Shown in pieces: positions 1 to 10,742 of a stretch of DNA of 64,000 nt. The DNA is taken from positions 49,196 through 113,195 of the forward strand of contig CAKJXZ020000010.1 in the NCBI GenBank assembly GCA_918234285.1. The letters are read 5' to 3'. The notes beneath the pieces are model-generated. The model had not been told where the DNA came from. It did no database searches and saw only the letters and a list, made by a program, of their open reading frames with translations. Source of the DNA: Pseudomonadota bacterium. Lineage in GTDB: Bacteria > Pseudomonadota > Alphaproteobacteria > RF32 > CAG-239. The first letter of the stretch is position 1. Each line of letters starts with the position of its first letter. A program made the translations under genes and the position numbers.

Positions 1-188
1 AGTGAGAAAAACAGAAAAGCCAAAGCCACGCCGGAAAGTGGTAAAAAACAAAGAACGAATCCGCACAACGTGCAAAAAAGCAAATCCTGACGAAAAGCGG
101 CTTCACTTAAAAAAACCGCGACAAAGCCGTCAAAAGAATATTGAAAAGCCTTTAAGATACGCTTGATTCCGGTGTATTCAGATTTCAT
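1..188 (-). CDS. dgkA: Diacylglycerol kinase, 5' part (runs off the window start)
   Basis: Not in the ORF track. Manual translation MKSEYTGIKRILKAFQYSFDGFVAVFLSEAAFRQDLL matches the prokaryotic DgkA N-terminus (TG..RI.KA..YS..G.....EAAFRQ). RBS GGAGA upstream. Confidence 0.88.
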   Translation of the reverse strand, partial: MKSEYTGIKRILKAFQYSFDGFVAVFLSEAAFRQDLLFCTLCGFVLCFLPLSGVALAFLFFS

Positions 189-349
189 TTTCTTCTCCGT
201 TTTTTATGAGTATATAAAGCTGTTTGCCGCAGTCAAGAAAAATTTGCGGTTTAGAAAATATATCTTGCTTGACAAATGAAATAATACGTTATATCAATGC
301 GCCGTTATTTTTATTTTTTATAAATTTTGAAGATTATAATTTTAAATAT

Positions 350-730
350 ATGGAAAAACAAAAATTGAATGTCGGCGACATCGTGTTGCGTAACAACGAG
401 TTTTCATCGCCGAAAATGCCGATTAAAGCCAAGGGAATTGTGCTGAATCAAAAGTTTTACGTTGATTTGGATTCGCTGATTAAAACTCCGATATCCAAGG
501 AGGAAGCGTTGGTTTACGGTCGCAAAATGAATATTCTGTTGCCTACCGAAAGGCAAATGAATGTGATAAAGCGCAATATTAACGTGATAAATGAAAGCTT
601 GCTCGGAATCGGCCGCGGCGATTGTCTGTTGTTTTATGACCATATTCAGGACGAATTTTGGACCAGGCGCAGTGAAGAAACCGGCAGTGAGAGGCGACGC
701 GTTTTGTTTATTGCCCCGATAAGAAAATAA
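350..730 (+). CDS. Hypothetical protein (about 126 aa)
   Basis: ORF 224..730. ATG 350 preferred because TTGACA at 269-274 lies inside the longer call. Followed by a terminator. Confidence 0.65.
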   Translation: MEKQKLNVGDIVLRNNEFSSPKMPIKAKGIVLNQKFYVDLDSLIKTPISKEEALVYGRKMNILLPTERQMNVIKRNINVINESLLGIGRGDCLLFYDHIQDEFWTRRSEETGSERRRVLFIAPIRK

Positions 731-767
731 AAAAAATCGTATCCGGTTTAAGGATACGATTTTTTTT
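729..767. terminator. Bidirectional intrinsic terminator
   Basis: A-run, ATCGTATCC, loop, GGATACGAT, T-run, between convergent ORFs. Confidence 0.8.
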
Positions 768-791
768 GTTCGCAGTATATGTAGCAGCTTT

Positions 792-929
792 TTACCAGCG
801 CTGCATATAATTAGCATCTTTCCACCACTCGGGGTCGAAGATTTTGCATCCGAACAACTTCTTCCCTGCCATCTGACCAAGAATGCCGGCAATCACGCCA
901 AGCAACATAAAAATAATACCTTTTTTCAT
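792..929 (-). CDS. Small membrane-anchored protein, 45 aa
   Basis: Manual translation MKKGIIFMLLGVIAGILGQMAGKKLFGCKIFDPEWWKDANYMQRW*. Basic N-terminus plus hydrophobic helix; ends just before the shared terminator. Confidence 0.65.
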   Translation of the reverse strand: MKKGIIFMLLGVIAGILGQMAGKKLFGCKIFDPEWWKDANYMQRW

Positions 930-1145
930 ATATATATGGATAATTTGAAATTTTGTATCGTTTCAACAGTACCCAAGGGTACAATAATTTATAAAATATA
1001 ATAAACTGAGAGAGATAATAGGGCAAAAAGCAAAAATAGTCAATAGCAAAAATAAAAAAATTGACAAATGAAAAAATATCGTCTATTTTATAATAAATTT
1101 GTATTATTTTTTAGAACCCCTGAAAAGGCAGGGTACACAGTTATT

Positions 1146-1499
1146 ATGGCAAAAAGAGCAATTATTGTAGGCAACGTTGAGCGTCTGGCCAAGTTGATTG
1201 CGCCGGAGCGTGTGCAAATCACAGTGAATGCAAACACCACCACGATTGATGGTAAGACCATTAACGTCCGTGAGTTAATCACCTTTGAGGTGGAGACTTT
1301 TTCCTTTGAAAAACTTCCTTTTATGGAAACTCTCTGTAATTTGTCAATCGGCGACAGAGTGACGGTAACGTTTATCGAAAACGACAAGAACTGGGAAGTT
1401 TTCGATATTGTTCACGAGCCACATCTCGGTCGATCCCCTGATGATTGGTTCAGAGATGCCCTGGAAGACATGAAATTTTGGGATAACAGAACAAAGTAA
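1146..1499 (+). CDS. Hypothetical protein (possible OB-fold-like, about 117 aa)
   Basis: ORF 1068..1499. TTGACA(1061)-17-TATTTT promoter overlaps the longer start, so ATG 1146 is preferred. Confidence 0.6.
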   Translation: MAKRAIIVGNVERLAKLIAPERVQITVNANTTTIDGKTINVRELITFEVETFSFEKLPFMETLCNLSIGDRVTVTFIENDKNWEVFDIVHEPHLGRSPDDWFRDALEDMKFWDNRTK

Positions 1500-1540
1500 A
1501 AAATATCTGTCAGACTTAGCGGTCTGACAGATATTTTTTT
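1498..1540. terminator. Bidirectional intrinsic terminator
   Basis: AAAAAATATCTGTCAGAC-ttagcg-GTCTGACAGATATTTTTT perfect stem between the ORF and the tRNA pair. Confidence 0.85.
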
Positions 1541-1615
1541 TGGTAGTCCCGAGCAGAGTTGAACTGCTGACCCATCCATGTGAAGGATATGTGATAACCG
1601 TTTCACCACGGAACT
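1541..1615 (-). tRNA. tRNA-Val(CAC)
   Basis: Cloverleaf AGTTCCG TG GTGA-AACGGTTA-TCAC A TATCC-TTCACAT-GGATG GGTC AGCAG-TTCAACT-CTGCT CGGGACT A CCA. Discriminator A, encoded CCA. Confidence 0.92.
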
Positions 1616-1634
1616 GTATAAAAAAGGGAAGTAT

Positions 1635-1709
1635 TGGTAGTCCCGAGCAGAGTTGAACTGCTGACTCATCCATGTCAAGGATACGTGATAACCGTTTCAC
1701 CACGGAACT
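1635..1709 (-). tRNA. tRNA-Val(GAC)
   Basis: Same cloverleaf with anticodon loop TTGACAT. Encoded CCA. Confidence 0.92.
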
Positions 1710-1720
1710 GTAATACGCAC

Positions 1721-1748
1721 ATAATATACATTTTATTGATAATGTCAA
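1721..1748 (-). promoter_or_regulatory. Sigma70-type promoter for the tRNA-Val pair
   Basis: TTGACA-16-TATTAT on the minus strand just upstream of tRNA-Val(GAC). Confidence 0.55.
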
Positions 1749-2149
1749 AATATTTTTTAATATTTTTTATAAATCAAAACCCGCCAAACATTAACATATG
1801 TCCGACAGTCAGCAGGTGTATTTTATGCAATAAAGCAAATAGGGTAATAAAAGAGAGCGACGCGAATATTAAGTTATTGTAATTTGTTTGCATTTTAGAC
1901 TCCAATATATAAAATGTTATATACTTGTAAAACAAAAAAATTAAAAAATCAACTAAATATTTATAAAAAAATAAAAATAAATACTTTTAGTAGGTTTTTT
2001 TAAACGTGTAAAATATTTTTTAACAATACTAAAAATTTGTTTTTACGAAAAAAATATGCAAAAACCAATTAAAACTTGTATTAAAAAATTGACAAGCTAA
2101 ATTGCAAAATTTATATATGAATATAGTGACTACAATTACGAGGTGAATA

Positions 2150-2653
2150 ATGAAAAAGAAAAAATCCATACGCGGCAGAATAGACGATAACGCGCCTAAT
2201 CCGGTAGATGTGCATGTTGGAAAGCGAATCCGTTTAAGACGCACGATTTTGCATATTACGCAACAGCAGATGGCGGATATGTTGGGGTTAACATTCCAAC
2301 AGGTTCAAAAATATGAAAAAGGAATGAACAGGGTTGGTGCCAGTCGTTTATGGGATATAAGCCGTGTTTTAGAAGTGCCGATGGGTTTCTTTTTTGAAGA
2401 TATGGATGATGTTGTGGCTGCACAAAGTCCGCGTATGCTTAATATTGAGCCGGATTCCATGAGTGTTTCGGAAAAACACTTACAGTTTGATGAAGATCCG
2501 ATGAAACGCGCTGAGACATTGGAATTGATTAGAGCTTATTATAAAATAACGAATCGTGCCATAGCAAAACAAATGTTTGATTTAATGATTGCTTTATCAA
2601 AATCGACGGCCGGTTTAATGCGTATTGATGATAAACCGAAAAATGATAAATAA
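2150..2653 (+). CDS. XRE-family HTH transcriptional regulator (alphaproteobacterial type)
   Basis: PNPVDVHVGKRIRLRR...GLTFQQVQKYEKGMNRVGASRL signature. RBS GAGGTG. Confidence 0.92.
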   Translation: MKKKKSIRGRIDDNAPNPVDVHVGKRIRLRRTILHITQQQMADMLGLTFQQVQKYEKGMNRVGASRLWDISRVLEVPMGFFFEDMDDVVAAQSPRMLNIEPDSMSVSEKHLQFDEDPMKRAETLELIRAYYKITNRAIAKQMFDLMIALSKSTAGLMRIDDKPKNDK

Positions 2654-3380
2654 GCAAAATGAAAAACCGAAGTTTTTCGGCAGACGCCAGGGGCGGGTAA
2701 TTCACAGAGCCAAAAGTTTTCTTTTAGATAATTTTTTGCCGCGAATCCGAATTGACAGTGATAAAAAAGCGAATTTGGAACAGTGTTTCGGTTCTAAAAA
2801 AGATGCTTATGCCTTGGAGATAGGTTTTGGTGACGGCGACCATTTGGCGACTCTATCGGCAAGAAAGCCGAACATCGGTTTTATCGGGGTGGAAGTTTAC
2901 CGTAACGGGGTGGCAAATCTGCTTTCTTTGATTACCGGTTTGAAAGACGGGCGCGACGAAGATTTGGCCAAAGAAATAAAATTGCTTCCGGATAGAGCTG
3001 ATAATGTCAGAATTTATGATGACGACGTTAGATTATTGTTTGCGGCGCTACCGGATGGTTGTTTTGATAAAATATATCTGCTGTTTCCGGACCCGTGGCC
3101 GAAAAGCCGTCATGCCAACCGGCGTTTTATCAACCCGGATAATTTGCGGGAATTGGCGCGATTATTGAAAAAGGGCGGTATATTGCAAGTAGCGACCGAT
3201 CACCCGATTTATAAAAAATGGACATTGGAGACGATGCATAAAAACAGCGATTTCAGATGGACGGCAAAAACCTCTGATGATTGGCGGAATCCGCCGGCTG
3301 ATTGGGCGGAAACCAAATATCAGCACAAGGCCGTGAGAGAGGGGCGTCGGCCGGTGTTTTTCGAGTTTGAAAGAATATAA
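2643..3380 (+). CDS. trmB: tRNA (guanine-N7)-methyltransferase
   Basis: FFGRRQG, LEIGFGDG, GVEVY, LFPDPWPKSRH, ATD and TKYQ motifs. Confidence 0.95.
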   Translation: MINKQNEKPKFFGRRQGRVIHRAKSFLLDNFLPRIRIDSDKKANLEQCFGSKKDAYALEIGFGDGDHLATLSARKPNIGFIGVEVYRNGVANLLSLITGLKDGRDEDLAKEIKLLPDRADNVRIYDDDVRLLFAALPDGCFDKIYLLFPDPWPKSRHANRRFINPDNLRELARLLKKGGILQVATDHPIYKKWTLETMHKNSDFRWTAKTSDDWRNPPADWAETKYQHKAVREGRRPVFFEFERI

Positions 3381-3384
3381 AAAA

Positions 3385-3660
3385 TCAAAGTAACTCTTTT
3401 AAGGTTTCTTCGACCGAATCGGCATATTTATGCGGTTGCGGCTTGCTCTTTAGATAATAATAACTCAGCGAAAAAAGACGGATGGCCGGTGTCATACCAA
3501 GGCAGGAATTATGATTATCCTTGATTTTTTCAAATAAAGTTTTCCTTTTGAGTTTTTCACGATAACATATTTCATCAATAATTTTCCACTCGGTATTGGT
3601 CAGTCGCATGCAGGTTTTTTTATCAAAAACGGAAATAACTTTATTTACATGTTTAAGCAT
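3385..3660 (-). CDS. Ribbon-helix-helix domain protein (RHH_4-like)
   Basis: KKTCMRL...EW..IDEIC.RE...T.AIR...L.YY pattern. Confidence 0.7.
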   Translation of the reverse strand: MLKHVNKVISVFDKKTCMRLTNTEWKIIDEICYREKLKRKTLFEKIKDNHNSCLGMTPAIRLFSLSYYYLKSKPQPHKYADSVEETLKELL

Positions 3661-3870
3661 AATATCCTCTCAAGTTGTTTTTTTACAGAATATAAATCAT
3701 TAAATGTATTGTTTCAATTAAAAATATAAAAAATAAACAAACTAAACCTGTAATTATTAAAAAACACGGCGGTTGAAGTTGTGGAAAACAGAATCTTTGC
3801 TCTTATTTTTGACTCAAATTTGACTCATTGAAAATTTCGGCATTTTTTTAAAATTTTTTTAATTTTTTGC

Positions 3871-3899
3871 TTGCATTTGCGTTTTTGTTATGTTATAAG
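3871..3899 (+). promoter_or_regulatory. Sigma70 promoter of the S10 operon
   Basis: TTGCAT-17-TATAAG with extended TGn, about 165 nt upstream of rpsJ. Confidence 0.65.
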
Positions 3900-4063
3900 C
3901 GCGCTACAACAATTGTTTTGAGAGGGTTTACCTCGCAGCGAAGCAAATATAAAATATAGCGCAAACCTTTGTTGCGAAAGCGTTTGCAAAGATTAACAAA
4001 TTTTAGATAGCAGGGAATTCCTTGTTGGTTTTTTTTGCTGTTTAGTTATAGGAAAAGTATAAA

Positions 4064-4372
4064 ATGGAAACACAAAATATACGAATTCGCCTTAAGGCTT
4101 TTGATCACAGATTGCTCGACCTTTCTACCACGGAAATCGTGCATACTGCCAAAAGAACGGGCGCAAGCGTCAGAGGTCCGATACCTCTGCCTAACAAAAT
4201 CGAAAAGTTTACGGTAAATCGTTCGCCGCACGTTGATAAAAAGTCTCGTGAACAGTTCGAAATCCGTACACACAAAAGACTTTTGGATATTGTTAACCCG
4301 ACACCGCAAACCGTTGATGCTTTGATGAAGCTTGATTTGGCTGCCGGTGTAAATGTTGAAATAAAATTGTAA
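4064..4372 (+). CDS. rpsJ: 30S ribosomal protein S10
   Basis: [10 protein letters not shown]...[20 protein letters not shown]. Confidence 0.99.
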   Translation: METQNIRIRLKAFDHRLLDLSTTEIVHTAKRTGASVRGPIPLPNKIEKFTVNRSPHVDKKSREQFEIRTHKRLLDIVNPTPQTVDALMKLDLAAGVNVEIKL

Positions 4373-4427
4373 TTAATGTTGGCGCCTTATAAGGGTTGTC
4401 AACCTATTAAGAAAAGGAAAAATAATA

Positions 4428-5150
4428 ATGCGTACTGGTCTAATCGCAAAAAAATTAGGAATGTCCCGCATTTTTCAGGCCGACGGAACTCATGTTCCTG
4501 TAACGGTTTTGAGTGTTGAAGGTTTGCAGGTAGTTAATGTAAAGACTGCCGAAAAAGACGGATACAACGCCGTACAATTGGGTACCGGCGCCGTAAAAGC
4601 CAAAAATGTAAGCAAACCGCTTAAGGGATATTTCGCTAAGGCTAAAATTGAACCGAAAAAGAAATTGTGGGAATTCAGAGTTTCTGATGACTGCTTATTG
4701 AATGTCGGTTCGGAATTGTCGGTTGAACACTTCGTTCCGGGACAATATGTTGACGTATGCGCCACCTCAAACGGTAAAGGCTTTGCCGGCGTAATGAAGC
4801 GTTACAATTTTGCCGGTTTGGAAGCAAGTCACGGTGTATCTATTTCTCACCGTTCGCACGGTTCTACCGGTCAAAGACAAGATCCGGGTAAAGTTTTCAA
4901 AGGTAAGAAAATGGCCGGACACATGGGTGCTGAACGCGTTACCGTTCAAAATCTCAAGGTTGTTTCGGTTGATTCTGCCAGAGGCTTGATTATGGTTAAA
5001 GGCGGCGTTCCGGGTTGCGAAAACGCATGGGTAAGAATTACCGATGCCGTTAAGAAGCCGGCTACTGTTGCTTTGCCGATGCCTGCCGGATTGAAAAAAG
5101 TTGATGAACCTGTTGTGACAGCTGAAGTTTCGGCTGAGAATGCAGAATAG
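4428..5150 (+). CDS. rplC: 50S ribosomal protein L3
   Basis: [10 protein letters not shown]...[27 protein letters not shown]. Confidence 0.99.
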   Translation: MRTGLIAKKLGMSRIFQADGTHVPVTVLSVEGLQVVNVKTAEKDGYNAVQLGTGAVKAKNVSKPLKGYFAKAKIEPKKKLWEFRVSDDCLLNVGSELSVEHFVPGQYVDVCATSNGKGFAGVMKRYNFAGLEASHGVSISHRSHGSTGQRQDPGKVFKGKKMAGHMGAERVTVQNLKVVSVDSARGLIMVKGGVPGCENAWVRITDAVKKPATVALPMPAGLKKVDEPVVTAEVSAENAE

Positions 5151-5165
5151 TTTAAGGATAAAGAA

Positions 5166-5789
5166 ATGAAACAGGACATCTTAAATTTAGAAAATAAAAA
5201 TGTCGGTTCCATCGAACTGAACGACTCGATTTACGGTTTGGAAGTTCGTTCCGATATTTTACAACGCGTTGTAACTTGGCAGTTAGCGAGATTACAAAGC
5301 GGCAATCACGCTACCAAAGGTCGCTCCGATGTAGCTTTGACGCCGTCCAAGCCGTTCAGACAGAAAGGTTCGGGTAACGCACGTCAAGGCTCCAGAAAAG
5401 GTGCTCAATTCCGTAAGGGTGGTGTGGTATTTGGTCCGATTGTAAGAGATCACTCTTTTGATTTGACCAAGAAATTCAGAAAACTCGGTCTGAAGACCGC
5501 TCTTTCCGCGAAAGCGAAAGAAGGTAATCTTATCGTTATTGATGAAGCAAAGTTGTCGGCTCCTAAAACAAGTGATTTGAAAGCAAAATTAAGTGCTTGC
5601 GGACTGACAAACTGCCTTATTATTGACGGTAAGGATGTAGATGTTAATTTTGCTTTGGCAAGCCGCAATATCGAAGGAATCGATATTCTTCCGACAATCG
5701 GTGCCAATGTATACGACATCTTAAAGAAGGACAAATTGGTATTAACAAAAGATGCAGTAAGTTGCTTAGAGGAGAGATTAAATGGCTAA
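5166..5789 (+). CDS. rplD: 50S ribosomal protein L4
   Basis: [15 protein letters not shown]; operon order. Confidence 0.99.
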   Translation: MKQDILNLENKNVGSIELNDSIYGLEVRSDILQRVVTWQLARLQSGNHATKGRSDVALTPSKPFRQKGSGNARQGSRKGAQFRKGGVVFGPIVRDHSFDLTKKFRKLGLKTALSAKAKEGNLIVIDEAKLSAPKTSDLKAKLSACGLTNCLIIDGKDVDVNFALASRNIEGIDILPTIGANVYDILKKDKLVLTKDAVSCLEERLNG

Positions 5790-6096
5790 GAACAAATCAA
5801 ACAATGTAACTGCAGCAATGTATGATACATTGGTTCGTCCGGTAATTACCGAAAAATCTATGGTTTCATCGGAAGCTGGAAAAGTGGTATTCGAAGTACC
5901 TTTATCAGCTACCAAAGAAAGCGTTAAAGCTGCAGTTGAAGCAATTTTTAACGTAAAAGTTACCAAGGTAAATACCATTAAACAGTTTGGTAAGGCTAAG
6001 AGCTTCAGAGGTCATATCGGTCATCGTTCTGACTTCAAAAAAGCTATCATTACCCTTGCCGATGGTCAAAACATTGATGTTACAACAGGAATTTAA
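5782..6096 (+). CDS. rplW: 50S ribosomal protein L23
   Basis: PVITEKS...VKVTKVNT...KKAIITL. Confidence 0.98.
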   Translation: MAKNKSNNVTAAMYDTLVRPVITEKSMVSSEAGKVVFEVPLSATKESVKAAVEAIFNVKVTKVNTIKQFGKAKSFRGHIGHRSDFKKAIITLADGQNIDVTTGI

Positions 6097-6098
6097 TC

Positions 6099-6932
6099 AT
6101 GGCTTTGAATACATATAAGCCCACATCTGCAGGACGTCGCCAACTGATTCTCGTTGATAAGAGCGAGTTATACAAGGGCAAGCCTGAAAAGAGTTTAACG
6201 AAAGGTATTTCGAAAACAGGTGGGCGTGATAACTACGGACACGTTACAAGTCGTCGTATCGGTGGCGGTCATAAACGCAGCTATCGTATGATTGACTTTA
6301 AACGTAATAAATTTGATTGTGAGGCAACAGTCGAGAGAATCGAGTATGATCCGAATCGTACGGCATTTATCGCTTTAATCAGCTACAGTGACGGCGAAAA
6401 GGCTTATATTTTGGCTCCGCAAAGACTGAAATCCGGCGATAAAGTAATTTCTGCTTCTAAGGCAGATATTAAGCCGGGTAATGCAATGCCTTTAAAGAAT
6501 ATGCCGGTTGGTACGATTGTACACAACATTGAGCTGAAGGCGGGCAAAGGCGGCCAGTTGGTACGTTCTGCCGGTTGTTATGCGCAAGTTGTTGGTAAAG
6601 ACGCCGGTTATGTTCAATTGAAGTTGAATTCCGGCGAACTGCGTATGGTTCGTGAGGAATGTTTGGCAACGGTTGGTGCCGTTTCCAATCCGGATAACCA
6701 AAATATATCTCTTGGTAAGGCCGGTCGTAATCGTTGGCTCGGAAACCGTCCGGTTTCCCGCGGTGTAGCGATGAACCCGGTTGATCACCCTCTCGGTGGT
6801 GGTGAAGGCCGTACATCCGGTGGTCGCCATCCGGTTACTCCGTGGGGTAAACCGACTAAGGGTGCCAAGACTCGTTCTAACAAGAAGACAGATCGCTTTA
6901 TTATGAGATCTCGTCATGATAACAAGAATTAA
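6099..6932 (+). CDS. rplB: 50S ribosomal protein L2
   Basis: [13 protein letters not shown]...[17 protein letters not shown]. Confidence 0.99.
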   Translation: MALNTYKPTSAGRRQLILVDKSELYKGKPEKSLTKGISKTGGRDNYGHVTSRRIGGGHKRSYRMIDFKRNKFDCEATVERIEYDPNRTAFIALISYSDGEKAYILAPQRLKSGDKVISASKADIKPGNAMPLKNMPVGTIVHNIELKAGKGGQLVRSAGCYAQVVGKDAGYVQLKLNSGELRMVREECLATVGAVSNPDNQNISLGKAGRNRWLGNRPVSRGVAMNPVDHPLGGGEGRTSGGRHPVTPWGKPTKGAKTRSNKKTDRFIMRSRHDNKN

Positions 6933-6947
6933 TAAGGAGAAAAGCTA

Positions 6948-7223
6948 ATGACTCGTTCTGTATGGAAAGGACCTTTTGTTGATGGCTATCTCTTGAAGAA
7001 AGCTGACGCTGCTAGAAATTCTAGCCGTAATGAAGTGATTAAAATTTGGTCTCGTCGTTCTACCATGTTACCGCAATTTGTCGGTTTAACATTTGGTGTT
7101 CACAACGGTCACAAATTTATTCCGGTATTGGTTACCGAAGATATGGTTGGTCACAAATTCGGTGAATTTGCTCCGACTCGTACCTTCTACGGTCATACCA
7201 AAGAAACTGCGAAGAGAGGTTAA
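6948..7223 (+). CDS. rpsS: 30S ribosomal protein S19
   Basis: RSVWKGPF...[13 protein letters not shown]. Confidence 0.99.
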   Translation: MTRSVWKGPFVDGYLLKKADAARNSSRNEVIKIWSRRSTMLPQFVGLTFGVHNGHKFIPVLVTEDMVGHKFGEFAPTRTFYGHTKETAKRG

Positions 7224-7225
7224 TT

Positions 7226-7582
7226 ATGGCTGAGAATAGTATTAAACAAGCAAAGGCAGTTTGCCGTTCAATCAGAACCAGTTCACGCAAGTTGAACTTG
7301 GTAGCGCAAACCATTCGCGGTTTGAAGGCTGAAAAAGCGGTTGCCGAATTAAGCTTCTCTAAGAAGAGAATCGCAAAAGTGGCTCTGGAATTGTTGCAAT
7401 CTGCAATTTCCAATGCCGAAAATAACCACAACCTTAACATTGATAAGCTCGTTGTAAGCGAAGCTTATGTAGGTAAAGGTATTGTAATGAAAAGAATGAA
7501 TGCGCGTGGTCGCGGCAGAAGCGCTCGTATTTTGAAGCCGTTTTCTTCCATGACCATCGTTGTTTCGGAGCGTGGGGAGTAA
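7226..7582 (+). CDS. rplV: 50S ribosomal protein L22
   Basis: [10 protein letters not shown]...[12 protein letters not shown]. Confidence 0.98.
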   Translation: MAENSIKQAKAVCRSIRTSSRKLNLVAQTIRGLKAEKAVAELSFSKKRIAKVALELLQSAISNAENNHNLNIDKLVVSEAYVGKGIVMKRMNARGRGRSARILKPFSSMTIVVSERGE

Positions 7583-7586
7583 ATAA

Positions 7587-8258
7587 ATGGGACAGAAAGT
7601 TAATCCTACCAGTCTTCGTTTAGGTGTAAATCGCACTTGGGACTCTCGTTGGTATGCTGAAAATGATAAGTTTACCGACTATCTCCACGAAGATCTGAAA
7701 ATTAAAAAATTCTTGAATGAAAAGTTGGCTCAAGCCGGCATCAGCCAAATCGTTATCGAACGTTCGGCTAAAAAAGCAAGAGTTACAATTCATTCGGCCA
7801 GACCGGGTGTTGTAATTGGCAAGAAGGGTCAGGATATCGAGAATGTAAGAAAAGACATTCAAAAATTGACCGACTCCGAAGTTCAATTGAACATCGTTGA
7901 AGTAAGAAAACCGGAGCTGGATGCCAAGTTGGTTGCTGATTCTGTGGCTCAACAGTTGGAACGCCGTGTGGCTTTCCGTCGCGCCATGAAGAGAGTTATG
8001 CAGTCTGCTTTGCGTTTGGGTGCTGAAGGTATTAAAGTTAGCTGCAGCGGTCGTTTGGGTGGCGCAGAAATTGCTCGTACCGAATACTACCGTGAAGGCC
8101 GCGTGCCTTTGCACACATTGCGTGCGGATATTGACTATGCAACCTCAACAGCTCATACAACTTATGGTGCTTGCGGCGTAAAAGTATGGATCTACAAGGG
8201 CGAAATCATGAGCCACGATCCGATGGCGCAAGACAAGAAGTTGACTGAACAAAAGTAA
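7587..8258 (+). CDS. rpsC: 30S ribosomal protein S3
   Basis: MGQKVNP...[14 protein letters not shown]. Confidence 0.99.
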   Translation: MGQKVNPTSLRLGVNRTWDSRWYAENDKFTDYLHEDLKIKKFLNEKLAQAGISQIVIERSAKKARVTIHSARPGVVIGKKGQDIENVRKDIQKLTDSEVQLNIVEVRKPELDAKLVADSVAQQLERRVAFRRAMKRVMQSALRLGAEGIKVSCSGRLGGAEIARTEYYREGRVPLHTLRADIDYATSTAHTTYGACGVKVWIYKGEIMSHDPMAQDKKLTEQK

Positions 8259-8276
8259 TAACGCGAGGTTAGAGAA

Positions 8277-8711
8277 ATGTTAAGTCCAAAACGTTTGAAA
8301 TTCCACAAGCAGCATAAAGGTCGTATTCACGGCATGGCTAAAGGTGGTTCAGAATTAAATTTCGGTTTATACGGTTTGAAGGCTCTGACTCCTGACCGTG
8401 TGACGGCACGTCAAATCGAGGCAGCTCGTCGTGCAATCACACGTCAGATGCAGAGAGCAGGAAAACTGTGGATCAGAATTTTCCCGGATGTACCGGTATC
8501 GGATAAACCGGCCGAAGTACGTATGGGTAAAGGTAAGGGTGCTATCGAATTTTGGGTAGCCAGAGTTAAACCGGGTCGCATTATGTTTGAAATTACGGGT
8601 GTTTCGGAAGAAATCGCTCGCAGAGCTTTTGAACTGGGCGCCGCAAAATTGCCGGTTAAGTGCAAATTTGTAAAGCGTTTGAACTCTGATATCGTTAAAG
8701 GAGACGCATAA
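8277..8711 (+). CDS. rplP: 50S ribosomal protein L16
   Basis: [12 protein letters not shown]. Confidence 0.99.
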   Translation: MLSPKRLKFHKQHKGRIHGMAKGGSELNFGLYGLKALTPDRVTARQIEAARRAITRQMQRAGKLWIRIFPDVPVSDKPAEVRMGKGKGAIEFWVARVKPGRIMFEITGVSEEIARRAFELGAAKLPVKCKFVKRLNSDIVKGDA

Positions 8712-8908
8712 TGGTTAAAACAAAAGATTTACGCGCTATGACGATTGATGAATTGGAAAGCAAGTTAGTAGAATGCAAAAAAGAGCAGGCTAATTTGCGT
8801 ATTCAACAATCAACCGGTCAACTTGAGAATGTTTCCAACATTCGCAAAGTTCGCCGTGATGTAGCCAAAATCAACACGCTCATTACTGAGCGCAAGAAGA
8901 ATAGTTAG
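8711..8908 (+). CDS. rpmC: 50S ribosomal protein L29
   Basis: LR.Q..TGQLEN...[13 protein letters not shown]. Confidence 0.97.
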   Translation: MVKTKDLRAMTIDELESKLVECKKEQANLRIQQSTGQLENVSNIRKVRRDVAKINTLITERKKNS

Positions 8909-8918
8909 GAGAAAGAAT

Positions 8919-9158
8919 ATGCCTAAGAGAATTCTTCAAGGTGTTGTTGTTAGTGATAAACAGGATAAAACTGTCGTGGTCAGTGTAGAGCGTCAGGTTA
9001 TGCATCCGGTTTACAAAAAATTCGTGAAGAAGAGTAAAAAATTTGCCGCTCACGATGAAAACAATCAGTACAAGGTTGGAGATCAGGTTTCTATTGAAGA
9101 ATGCCGTCCGATTTCCAAGAACAAATCTTGGACTGTGATTTCGTCTGATAACGCCTAA
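8919..9158 (+). CDS. rpsQ: 30S ribosomal protein S17
   Basis: [14 protein letters not shown]...[11 protein letters not shown]. Confidence 0.99.
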   Translation: MPKRILQGVVVSDKQDKTVVVSVERQVMHPVYKKFVKKSKKFAAHDENNQYKVGDQVSIEECRPISKNKSWTVISSDNA

Positions 9159-9177
9159 GATATGAAGGAATAAAAAA

Positions 9178-9546
9178 ATGATACAAATGCAAACCAACCT
9201 CGATGTTGCTGATAATTCAGGCGCACGTCAGGTGCAGTGCATCAAGGTTCTTGGTGGTTCCAAGAGAAAAACGGCTTCTGTGGGTGATGTCATTGTTGTA
9301 GCAATACAAGATGCGTTGCCGAGAGGACACGTTAAAAAGGGCGATGTATATAAAGCTGTTATCGTGAGAACGGCCAGCGATATTCGTCGCAAAGACGGAA
9401 GTGTAATCCGTTTTGACAGTAATGCCGCAGTTTTAATCAATAAAGACGGTGAGCCGATCGGTACTCGTATCTTCGGCCCTGTTACGAGAGAATTGCGTGC
9501 AAAGAAATTTATGAAAATCATTTCATTAGCACCGGAGGTATTGTAA
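9178..9546 (+). CDS. rplN: 50S ribosomal protein L14
   Basis: VADNSGA...[12 protein letters not shown]...SLAPEVL. Confidence 0.99.
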   Translation: MIQMQTNLDVADNSGARQVQCIKVLGGSKRKTASVGDVIVVAIQDALPRGHVKKGDVYKAVIVRTASDIRRKDGSVIRFDSNAAVLINKDGEPIGTRIFGPVTRELRAKKFMKIISLAPEVL

Positions 9547-9854
9547 TGCCTAAAATGAAAATTAAAAAGAACGATACGGTTATCATTTTGTCGGGCGACG
9601 ACAAGGGTAAAACCGGCGTTGTAAAAAAAGCACTTCCGAGAGAAAGCAAGGTTGTTGTTGAAGGTTTGAATATGGTAAAGCGCCACACCAAACCGTCGCA
9701 AACAACTCCGGGCGGAATTATCTCGAAAGAAGCAGCAATTCACGTTTCCAATGTTGCCATTGTTAAAGAAGGCAAGGCAACCAAAGTCGGCTACAAAACC
9801 GTAGACGGCAGAAAGGTTCGTGTTGCTCGCAAAACCGGTGATGTAATCGATTAA
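9546..9854 (+). CDS. rplX: 50S ribosomal protein L24
   Basis: KOW motif; EAAIHVSNV. Confidence 0.98.
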   Translation: MPKMKIKKNDTVIILSGDDKGKTGVVKKALPRESKVVVEGLNMVKRHTKPSQTTPGGIISKEAAIHVSNVAIVKEGKATKVGYKTVDGRKVRVARKTGDVID

Positions 9855-10408
9855 TGGGAGAAAATTTTATGACAAACTATGAAAATTTATATAACAACGT
9901 CATAAAGAAATCTCTTGTGGAAAAATTCGGTTACAAAAATCCACATGAGGTTCCGAAGCTGACGAAAATCGTTTTGAATATGGGTGTCGGCGATGCCGTT
10001 ACCGATAAGAAAAAAGTAACATCCGCTATGGAAGAATTGGCGGCTATTTCCGGTCAACAGCCGGTTATGACCAAGGCTCGCAAATCTATCGCTACCTTCA
10101 AAGTACGTGAAGGTATGCCGATCGGTTGCAAGGTTACTCTGCGTTCTGCCAGAATGTATGAGTTCTTGGAAAGACTGGTTAATATGGCCTTGCCGCGAAT
10201 CCGTGACTTCCACGGTATTACCGGTAAAAACTTCGATGGCAAAGGTAACTTCGCTTTCGGTATTAAGGAACAAATCATTTTCCCTGAAATTAACTACGAA
10301 AAGGTAGATGAAGTCAGAGGTCTTGATATTGTTATTTGTACAACAGCTAAGACAGACGAAGAAGCAAAGTTTCTGCTGACATCGTTTAACTTGCCTTACA
10401 AGAAATAA
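9854..10408 (+). CDS. rplE: 50S ribosomal protein L5
   Basis: KIVLNMGVG...LPRIRDF.G...FDGKGN. Start may be ATG 9869. Confidence 0.98.
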   Translation: MGENFMTNYENLYNNVIKKSLVEKFGYKNPHEVPKLTKIVLNMGVGDAVTDKKKVTSAMEELAAISGQQPVMTKARKSIATFKVREGMPIGCKVTLRSARMYEFLERLVNMALPRIRDFHGITGKNFDGKGNFAFGIKEQIIFPEINYEKVDEVRGLDIVICTTAKTDEEAKFLLTSFNLPYKK

Positions 10409-10422
10409 GCGGAGATTTTACT

Positions 10423-10728
10423 ATGTCAAAAACAAGTTCGGTATATAGAAACTTGAAAAGAGTTAAGATGGCTGCTAAGTATTCGAACCGCCGTCAAAAA
10501 CAAAAAGCAATCATGATGGATAAGAATGCTTCTCCGGAAGAGAGAATGCAGGCTCAGTTTGCTTTGCAAAAATTCCCGAAGAATTCTGCAAAATGCCGTA
10601 TTCGCAATCGTTGCAGAATTACGGGACGTTCACGTAGTTATTACAGAAAGTTCGGTTTAAGCCGTGTTGAATTGAGAGATTTGGCAAGCTTTGGCGAAAT
10701 TCCTGGTTTAGTAAAATCAAGCTGGTAA
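10423..10728 (+). CDS. rpsN: 30S ribosomal protein S14 (long form)
   Basis: [19 protein letters not shown]...IPGLVKSSW. Confidence 0.98.
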   Translation: MSKTSSVYRNLKRVKMAAKYSNRRQKQKAIMMDKNASPEERMQAQFALQKFPKNSAKCRIRNRCRITGRSRSYYRKFGLSRVELRDLASFGEIPGLVKSSW

Positions 10729-10742
10729 GGAGGGAAGATATC

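Noticed and set aside
1541-1709. 75-bp tandem repeat as a CRISPR array or generic repeat; ORFs 1344..1748, 1412..1678 and 1634..1882
   Set aside because: Both copies fold as complete tRNA-Val with CCA. The ORFs are shadows over tRNA genes.
2069-2084. CtrA box upstream of the XRE regulator
   Set aside because: Spacing is TTAA-N8-TTAA, not N7, in very AT-rich DNA.
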